Positions 57,244-64,000 of a DNA stretch of 64,000 bases are shown one piece after another. The notes beneath the pieces were generated by a model. The model searched no databases and was not told the origin of the DNA. It was given only the letters and a program-made list of their open reading frames with translations. Made by a program: the position numbers and the translations under genes. This DNA is from an uncultured bacterium (GTDB lineage Bacteria > Bdellovibrionota_G > JALEGL01 > DATDPG01): positions 5,103 through 69,102 of the forward strand of contig CAYNHQ010000005.1 in NCBI GenBank assembly GCA_964397255.1, in the 5' to 3' direction. Numbering within the stretch: the stretch's first letter is position 1; each line of letters begins with the position of its first letter.

Positions 57244-58248
57244 TCACCACATTCCCGAGCGGATGTCGTCGTCAGATTCATAGAAATTCCTCCGCCAGGC
57301 GGACTGGCGGAGATCGGTCAAAAGCGAAGGAGAGAGATGCCTTCCATCTGACGCCGCCACATTGGCCTCTACATGCGCGACCTTACGCATTCCAGGGATG
57401 ACCGTCGAAACATCGGGCGAAGAAAGAACAAATCGAAGCGCCAAATCGGGAAGAGATGACGCTTCTTTTCCGACGAGTCGATGGAGCCCTTCCAATTTTT
57501 CTTCCAATTCTTTTTTTCGATTCCCTCGAAAATAGCCTTCACGAAAATCTCCCTGGGGAAACCGGGTGGAAGCCGTCATGGTTCCCGAGAGCCCACCCAT
57601 ATCGAGAGGAACACGCGCGATGACACCGAGATTCGCCTCACGTGTCAGTGGAAAAAGCGTATCCACCGGGTTTTGGTCAAAAATATTGAAAATGACTTGG
57701 ACGACATCGGCCACGTTTGATTGGGCGAGTAACATCGCGCTTTCCGGATCATGATCGTTGATTGAAACGCCGACGAAACGAATTTTTCCCGATCGTTTCA
57801 GCCGGTCGAGCTCATCGATCCAATCATTTTCCTCCAGCCAGGGATCCTGCCAGACATGAAGTTGCATCAGATCCACATGGTTCGTGCCGAGATTTTTCAG
57901 CGTTTGTTCGGTGCATTTTCGAATATGGTCCGAAGGAAACGTTTCCCGCGCCTTCACACCGTATCGCGCCGGCCATTCCATGTTCTTTGGCGGAATCTTC
58001 GAAGCGATGAGTAGTTTGTCGCGCCCGACGCTTCGGGCCAGTTCACCCACCAGTTTTTCGGAATGCCCGTCATTATAGACCAGCGCCGTATCGTAGAAAT
58101 TAACTCCAAGTTCGAACGCCCGGCGAAGCGCTGCTCGCGACTCCTCATCGTTGCTGTCGCGCCATTCGTTTCCCCCGCCGATTCCCCATCCTCCGAAACC
58201 GATTTCGGAAACTTTGAGTCCCGTTCTTCCTAATGTCCGATATTGCAT
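57244..58248 (-). CDS. Aldo/keto reductase
   Basis: YRTLGRTGLKVSEIGFG, NFYDTA..Y, DLMQLH and VIPGM. Confidence 0.95.
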   Translation of the reverse strand: MQYRTLGRTGLKVSEIGFGGWGIGGGNEWRDSNDEESRAALRRAFELGVNFYDTALVYNDGHSEKLVGELARSVGRDKLLIASKIPPKNMEWPARYGVKARETFPSDHIRKCTEQTLKNLGTNHVDLMQLHVWQDPWLEENDWIDELDRLKRSGKIRFVGVSINDHDPESAMLLAQSNVADVVQVIFNIFDQNPVDTLFPLTREANLGVIARVPLDMGGLSGTMTASTRFPQGDFREGYFRGNRKKELEEKLEGLHRLVGKEASSLPDLALRFVLSSPDVSTVIPGMRKVAHVEANVAASDGRHLSPSLLTDLRQSAWRRNFYESDDDIRSGMW

Positions 58249-58698
58249 CTAAGGAATTTTCTGAAGATTTTTTAAGTCCAAAAGATCCTGATCTCTTCCG
58301 ACAATTTTTTTGTTCGTAATCAAATCCGCTTTTCCTAAAATTTGAACAGGCACACCGTCATACGTGGATTTTTCAGAATGGCTCCATGCCTTTTCAAACT
58401 CGAGGCCCTTGGCATGCGTAAGAATATCGATTCGGTTTGGCTCGATACCAATTTGGAAAATGGTTTCCGGATTCGCAAGATCTTCCACGGTCAAATCCAT
58501 CAGCGGAGCACCGAATTTTCGAAGAGCCTCATACACGCGCGCCGCATTTGCTCGATTTGCTTCAATCCAAATATCGAGATCCTTGGTGTAACGGGGTGCG
58601 GTGTAAAACATGACCGCATGAGCCCCGATAATAATGAACTTAGCCTTTGCTTCGGATAACTCGCGTAATAGATCTTTGAAGTCTGGATTGGCTGCCAT
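58249..58698 (-). CDS. Minimal pol-beta-superfamily nucleotidyltransferase (DUF6036-like)
   Basis: IIIGAHAVMFYTAPRYTKDLDIWI, RIDIL and NKKIVGRDQDLLDL. Confidence 0.8.
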   Translation of the reverse strand: MAANPDFKDLLRELSEAKAKFIIIGAHAVMFYTAPRYTKDLDIWIEANRANAARVYEALRKFGAPLMDLTVEDLANPETIFQIGIEPNRIDILTHAKGLEFEKAWSHSEKSTYDGVPVQILGKADLITNKKIVGRDQDLLDLKNLQKIP

Positions 58699-58855
58699 GA
58701 CCGCCTTTAAATAGGTTCACCTCGTTAACCATTTCCCACGCTGCCGAAAAAATACCTTCCGGTCCGATTTTTTGCCAGAAGCGAAGATCAAACAAACCAT
58801 CATCTTCTTCTCCATTTCGAAGAATACGACCCATGATGACACGAGATTTTCGCAT
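58640..58855 (-). CDS. Small partner protein upstream of the nucleotidyltransferase
   Basis: 71 aa with DLRFWQKIGPE..AAWEM..RLQRS; overlaps the NTase start by 59 nt. Confidence 0.6.
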   Translation of the reverse strand: MRKSRVIMGRILRNGEEDDGLFDLRFWQKIGPEGIFSAAWEMVNEVNLFKGGHGSQSRLQRSITRVIRSKG

Positions 58856-58874
58856 GTTTTAATTATATCACAGG

Positions 58875-60185
58875 CTAAAAAAGGTATTTCGCGGAGGCAA
58901 AGATCTGGTCGTTGGCATCCAATAGACCAAAAAGCGAATTGGCTTTTCCTCCCCAGGCATTTCCTCCCAATCCGAATTCCCAGGAGGGAATGGGCCGATA
59001 TAGAAGGCGCGGGCGAATGAGATACGCATGCTGATTCACAATCGACGTTCCCTTGAGTTCAATCGTCCAGGTATTGGCATCGAAATTGAAAATCGCTGCT
59101 GCTGAAACCGTATGTTGAACTTCATCTCGGAGAAAATAATTAACAATATTCCCCGACATCACACGGTCCTGTGCATATTCGATGGTGAAAAGATGCTTTA
59201 GCTCCCAGTCATAATCCACCCCCGCCGCCCACTGTAAATCGGCCTCGCGATAGCGAAAAAGGAGATTATTGTAAACCGATATATTCGGTTGGAATAACGC
59301 TTCGCCCTTCAATGTGACGCCGTTATCGAAAACCCAGCGGGCCGTAGCTCCGGCCATTTCATTTCTAGGGTACGATCCCGAAGTTGTGCCGGGTGTTGTG
59401 ATGCCGCCGATGCCGCTTACACCGCCCGGAATATCAAAGGCGGGAAACGTCTCTCGTTTTGTGAGGAACAGAAGTTCAACATCCGTTTGGTCGTGACTCC
59501 AGCCCAAACGAACTCCCCCTTCGCCCGTTAGGGGATTGTCGTCGGGAAGAGGAGCGATGATTCCCGGTAATTGCTGTGCTGTCTTATCATCTACTTGGCT
59601 TAGCGCCGTGGGGTAGGGCAGACCCAAAAGAGAGAAAAATGAAGGTTGCAAAAGAGAATTATCCGTCTCCGCTACATCAAATTCCGACCGACGGAAAAAC
59701 GGTTGGTAAATCGCTTCGGCGACGAAGGGTTTTCGATCATAAATCAGGCGCAAGAGGGGAACGGGAAGATATGTGTCCTCTACTTCCGGATCGATGAGGT
59801 GACGAACATCTCGCGGGTTGATCGCGTCGGTGGGGCTGACGTATTCCATCACACCCCAGCGAACGACTCGCTCTCCGCCTTCCACAAGCCATGGGCCGGA
59901 AGCCCAACAAAGATAGGCTTCGTAAAGGTTCGCTTCGAATTGTTGATATGTATTCTCCGGAAGGGCGAGCGTATACCGAGCGAGAAGTGAGCCGGTAACC
60001 GACCATTTCTCCCAGGCCTGATGCCCCTCGGCGAAAATGCGCGTATCGTTTTCCACTAGATGTTCGACATCGTTATCGTTGTGCGTGTCTCCCGCCCAAA
60101 TCGTCCGAACATTTCCGCGAAATTCAAAAGCAAAAAGAGAAGTGGAAAACAAAGAGAAGGTGAGAATGAAAATAAACTGAATCAC
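58875..60185 (-). CDS. Outer-membrane beta-barrel (DUF1302-like)
   Basis: Signal peptide, LYEAY, VRWG..PTDAINP, alternating beta-strand pattern and C-terminal KYLF. Confidence 0.72.
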   Translation of the reverse strand: MIQFIFILTFSLFSTSLFAFEFRGNVRTIWAGDTHNDNDVEHLVENDTRIFAEGHQAWEKWSVTGSLLARYTLALPENTYQQFEANLYEAYLCWASGPWLVEGGERVVRWGVMEYVSPTDAINPRDVRHLIDPEVEDTYLPVPLLRLIYDRKPFVAEAIYQPFFRRSEFDVAETDNSLLQPSFFSLLGLPYPTALSQVDDKTAQQLPGIIAPLPDDNPLTGEGGVRLGWSHDQTDVELLFLTKRETFPAFDIPGGVSGIGGITTPGTTSGSYPRNEMAGATARWVFDNGVTLKGEALFQPNISVYNNLLFRYREADLQWAAGVDYDWELKHLFTIEYAQDRVMSGNIVNYFLRDEVQHTVSAAAIFNFDANTWTIELKGTSIVNQHAYLIRPRLLYRPIPSWEFGLGGNAWGGKANSLFGLLDANDQIFASAKYLF

Positions 60186-60946
60186 TTGCCCAAAGATGTG
60201 ACGGTAAAAATGGCGTCGTTGATAGGAGCATCATATTTAATCGAATGAACTTCATACGACGTTTTTCGCTTCTTTTCATGATTTTCCATTTCGAGTTTCA
60301 TCTGTGTCCACACACCTGAAATGTTTTCTATTGCAAGCGAACGAAGTGTTTTAAGTAATTTCCCTTCCCGATCGTAGAGGTCGATTTTTCGTGAAATGAA
60401 GTTTTCTTTGTCGACCCAACTGATCGACTTGCTGTATTGCGATCGAACTTTTTTCTTCGTCACCGATTCAATTTTATAACAGGAATGTCCATCGACCGCT
60501 TCCTCGCCGAGCGATTGGTAATCCGAGTCATCGATATTTTTCCGTTCCATATCTTCATAGCTGAAATCCGTATCGGCGAACTCTTGGCTTTTCACGCTTC
60601 CCCGAATCCGACGGACACGGCGAAGAGCAGGGGTATATAAATGCTGATCCGCCTCGCCACTGGGCTGGTCGAGAATGAGAAGGGCAAGGCCCTTGATATC
60701 GGCGGGAGCCGTAAAGTCGATCCGGACCTGGTCGAGTTTGCTTACCACCTTTCGTCGAAAGAGCATCGTTCGCGTTCTTGTTTTTCCATCGGGCTCATAC
60801 ACCGTTGTCGTCATCGTGCCCTCAGTCGAGCGCCCCCCATCCAGATGTATGGCCCGGTCGACAATATCACGGGGGGCGAGTGACTCGGCGCCAAATGCTC
60901 GCGACGCCAGAAAGAGAAATAAGAAAAAGGTTTTATTCATATTCAA
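60182..60946 (-). CDS. Outer-membrane lipoprotein-sorting (LolA-like) protein
   Basis: F..PADIKG..L, YTPALRRVRRI, FADTDFSYED, D.YDREGKLLK and FT..SL. Confidence 0.85.
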   Translation of the reverse strand: MNMNKTFFLFLFLASRAFGAESLAPRDIVDRAIHLDGGRSTEGTMTTTVYEPDGKTRTRTMLFRRKVVSKLDQVRIDFTAPADIKGLALLILDQPSGEADQHLYTPALRRVRRIRGSVKSQEFADTDFSYEDMERKNIDDSDYQSLGEEAVDGHSCYKIESVTKKKVRSQYSKSISWVDKENFISRKIDLYDREGKLLKTLRSLAIENISGVWTQMKLEMENHEKKRKTSYEVHSIKYDAPINDAIFTVTSLGK

Positions 60947-63497
60947 TGGCCTTTACCACGTTTAGGCGTGAGGCGACACGCGCGGGAAAATAGGAAGCGA
61001 GAAACGAAAGAAGGAGTCCGGCAATCGCGCCGGCGAAAATTCTCCCATACGCAATACGAAGTGCGAATCGCCATCCCGTGGCCTGGGGAATAATGACCGT
61101 AAAAATAATTTGTGTCAGAAGAATACCGAGAAGAAACCCAAGAAGCATCCCGCCGATCGCGAGATAACTTCCTTCGGCCGTAACCATTCGGGCGACTTGC
61201 TTTCGTGTGGCGCCCAGAGCACGCAGAACACCAATTTCACGAGTCTTCTCAAGAACGGAAGCGAGAAGTGTATTAATGACACCCAAAACCGCGACGATTA
61301 CAGCGATGAGTTCCATCACTTTGATGATTCTGTACGTCTCGTCGATAACACGAAAAACCTCCGTTTTGAGCTCCTCATTGGTTAAGGCAAAGAGTTCAAA
61401 TTTTTTGCCTACTGTCGAGAGAACACGCTGGCGTACCTCTTCAACTTTGCTTTTATCACGAAGGTAAAGATCGAAACTATCCACCAATCGGTCGTCGAAA
61501 AACTGAATAAATGGGGCTCTTCCCATAATGAGTAATCCCCGGTCCGATATGTAATCTTCAATCACGCCGATAATTGGCACTTTGACAATGCCCTTGGTCG
61601 TTTGAAGTGGGAGCAAATCACCCAGATGATAATGAAATCGTCTTTCAAAATTGTTTGAAATTAAAACAGAAGGCTCATGGTTCAAGCGCTTGCGTGCCTC
61701 GTCGATGTTGCCGCTAAGAAAGTCCCGTTGGACATGCGCTAAATATATTTCTGAAATATTCGAGAGGAGGGGGATTTGAATTCCATTCACATCCACGTCG
61801 ACGATTCGAACTTTATCGATCGCCTCGACTTCCGGCCATTTTGCCATCTCCTGATCGAGGTCTTCTTTGAGCGACCGATTGTCCATGTGCGCGAGTTTGG
61901 ATCCCGATGTGACGTAGATCTGCGCGGGGATCGATTGATTCACCCAACGTTGCACCGTTCGCTTAAAACTTCCCAAGTAATTATCGATCTCCACGACCAT
62001 CGCAAATCCCATCATGATCGCGGAAAGCGTGACCGCGGCGCGCGATACTTGGCGGGGAAGATTATCAAAGGCCAGGCGCTCCGGTGGACCCAGAATTCGA
62101 CGAGCAATCGGTTGAATCCGGGGCCAAATCGAGGCGATGAGCGTGGGAGCAATGAAAGCAAACATCAAAACCGAACTAAATTGAGCAGAGTAGCCCCAAT
62201 AAATACTTTCGAGGTGAGGAGCCGCGACCCAAAAAATCGCGCAGAGCAGGGCCAGAACATATGCGATTTTCGCATTGAGCGATTTCCATGTCGGTGTGCG
62301 GGCATGTTTTGTTCCCTCAAATCGAAGCCCTTCCACAGGCGTTACACTCGCGGCTAGGCGGGCGGGGCCGAATGCGGCAATAACCGACGAACCCATCCCC
62401 GACAACATGCCAAAGAAAAGAACCCAGGGGCTCACGTAAATATCTTCCGGATTTACTTTGAGAAAAATTGCCGAGACCGATTGGCTGACAGAGGCGAGCA
62501 TGCCTCGCCCGATGAAAAGACCGCCAAAAAGACCGATGAACGACGCAAGGGTACCCAGTACAAGCGCCTCGCCGATAAAAAGGAGAATGATGTCGCTTCG
62601 CTTCGCGCCGAGGGCTCGTGCAATCGAGATTTCACGCCGACGCTGTGTGACGGAAATTTGCATCGTGTTGTAAATCATAAAAAGGCCGACCATGAGCGCC
62701 ACGAATCCCCCCATGTTGAGGCCGGTTTGAAAAGAGGCGAGCATGGACTGAGCGCTATCTCCCCTTTGCCTGGGGAACTCGACCTTATAGGCATTCCCCA
62801 ATGCGCTTTTCAGTTTTTCTTTCGCGGTGGCGATGGGAAGTTCGTCGCTTGTGATGATGTCATATCGATCAAATTTTCCTTCTTTGCCCCACAGAGCCTG
62901 CGCGGCGAAAATATCCATCATCATAAAGCTTCCACCGAAGGCGCGAGCAGGCCCTTCCGCTTTAAGAAGGCCCCGGACACGCAGCTTTTCCGTTCGATCG
63001 AACGACATCACTTGAATTGAATCTCCGACAGTTAAATGATGGCGTCGTGCGAGGTCTTCCGAAGCTAAAACGGCGTTTGGATCATTTAAAAAAGCCAGAG
63101 GATCGTCGACTTCTCCCTCGTTTTTGGAGAAACGGTAATCACGGAATTTTTCATCGCCCGTAAAATCGATTCCGAGAATCAAAATCGTTTCATTTCCCAG
63201 TTGGGGGACTTTCGCCGTCTGCTGGACGACCGGCGTGACATATTTCACGTAAGGAAGTTTTTCGATCTTCTCCCAGAGGTCTTCGGGGACTCCTGCTTCG
63301 CCGGCGGAAACTTGAAGTGTGGCTCTGCCGGCGATGGAGTCGATCATTCGCCGGAAGCTTTCCAAAATCGTATGGTTTACGGTTTGAATTGCAATGACGA
63401 CGGCCACGCCAAGAGCCACGCCGCAAATCGTAAGAAGGGTTCTAGAAGCATGCCTTCGAGCGTGGCGCAGGCTTAAATACTGAATGAGGCGAATCAT
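60933..63497 (-). CDS. FtsX/MacB-type ABC permease with two FtsX domains (854 aa)
   Basis: RTLLTICGVALGVAVV, RRREISIARALGA, and a second repeat KTREIGVLRALGA. Confidence 0.92.
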   Translation of the reverse strand: MIRLIQYLSLRHARRHASRTLLTICGVALGVAVVIAIQTVNHTILESFRRMIDSIAGRATLQVSAGEAGVPEDLWEKIEKLPYVKYVTPVVQQTAKVPQLGNETILILGIDFTGDEKFRDYRFSKNEGEVDDPLAFLNDPNAVLASEDLARRHHLTVGDSIQVMSFDRTEKLRVRGLLKAEGPARAFGGSFMMMDIFAAQALWGKEGKFDRYDIITSDELPIATAKEKLKSALGNAYKVEFPRQRGDSAQSMLASFQTGLNMGGFVALMVGLFMIYNTMQISVTQRRREISIARALGAKRSDIILLFIGEALVLGTLASFIGLFGGLFIGRGMLASVSQSVSAIFLKVNPEDIYVSPWVLFFGMLSGMGSSVIAAFGPARLAASVTPVEGLRFEGTKHARTPTWKSLNAKIAYVLALLCAIFWVAAPHLESIYWGYSAQFSSVLMFAFIAPTLIASIWPRIQPIARRILGPPERLAFDNLPRQVSRAAVTLSAIMMGFAMVVEIDNYLGSFKRTVQRWVNQSIPAQIYVTSGSKLAHMDNRSLKEDLDQEMAKWPEVEAIDKVRIVDVDVNGIQIPLLSNISEIYLAHVQRDFLSGNIDEARKRLNHEPSVLISNNFERRFHYHLGDLLPLQTTKGIVKVPIIGVIEDYISDRGLLIMGRAPFIQFFDDRLVDSFDLYLRDKSKVEEVRQRVLSTVGKKFELFALTNEELKTEVFRVIDETYRIIKVMELIAVIVAVLGVINTLLASVLEKTREIGVLRALGATRKQVARMVTAEGSYLAIGGMLLGFLLGILLTQIIFTVIIPQATGWRFALRIAYGRIFAGAIAGLLLSFLASYFPARVASRLNVVKAIEYE

Positions 63498-64000
63498 TTC
63501 AGTGCGGCGATCCTGGCCGCCTGGTCGGAAAAAATCTCGCCGTCACGGATTTCCAAAAGACGAGTTCCAAATCGAGCCGCGCGGGGATCATGCGTGACAA
63601 TCAAAATTGTTTTTTCAGCTTCACGATTGAGTGTTTGGAAGAGAGAAAGAATTTCCTCTCCCTTATTTGAATCGAGATTTCCGGTTGGCTCATCGGCGAG
63701 AAGTATCGGCGGATCATGAATGAGCGCCCGCGCAATGGCCACTCGCTGCATTTCTCCTCCCGAGAGTTGATCGGGAGTATGTGTCATGCGCGAGCTAAGA
63801 CCGACCTGATTGAGTAGCTGTTTTCCCCGTTCTTCCGCTTTTTGTCGCGACATTTGGTCGAGAAGCGCGGGGAAGATCACATTCTCCAACGCCGTGAGCG
63901 TCGGCAGAAGATGAAAAAATTGAAAAACGAATCCCAACTTGTGACGGCGGAGCATCGTTCGGCCGTTATCGTCGAGCTTTGAAATGGGCGCGCCATCGAT
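63494..64000 (-). CDS. LolD/MacB-type ABC ATP-binding protein; 5' part beyond the window
   Basis: GFVFQFFHL, LSGGEMQRVAIARAL, LADEPTGNLD and VTHD; the frame is open to the window edge. Confidence 0.95.
   Translation of the reverse strand: MDGAPISKLDDNGRTMLRRHKLGFVFQFFHLLPTLTALENVIFPALLDQMSRQKAEERGKQLLNQVGLSSRMTHTPDQLSGGEMQRVAIARALIHDPPILLADEPTGNLDSNKGEEILSLFQTLNREAEKTILIVTHDPRAARFGTRLLEIRDGEIFSDQAARIAALK

Overview
This is a 64-kb, ~52% GC chromosomal window. The gene content suggests a delta-proteobacterial-type lineage (Myxococcota/Bdellovibrionota-like); this is inferred from TIGR02266-type PilZ proteins, an FHA-sigma54 activator and a DUF4388/J-domain protein with an Hsp70 paralogue. The backbone is housekeeping: guaA, dnaE, pfkA, csp, pyrK, rimI, prkA-yeaH-spoVR, ilvA, suhB, tmk-holB-tatD, rlpA, add, mltD, argS, an ABC-F ATPase, fadD and tRNA-Lys(CTT). 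I found no CRISPR array, rRNA, integrase or IS transposase. Reading outside the ORF track gave six main things: (1) a 42-aa protein with 18 K/R and no acidic residue, missed by the track, downstream of rlpA; (2) a ~1.1-kb integrase-less islet bounded by a 23-bp duplication of the tRNA-Lys 3' end, with its own near-perfect sigma54 promoter and two exported genes; (3) a candidate phospho-Thr/c-di-GMP signalling cluster (FHA-degenerate GGDEF with intact RxxD-sigma54 activator, an uncharacterised gene pair, two PilZ proteins); (4) two toxin-antitoxin-like nucleotidyltransferase modules; (5) several deletion-eroded remnants (vapC with an internal deletion, an antitoxin N-terminus fused to an LsrG-like monooxygenase, an M48 protease tail, a TPR-family fragment); and (6) a recurring leaderless-mRNA layout, with a -10 box 6-9 nt before the start codon. 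Family assignments come from motif recognition by eye, not database searches.
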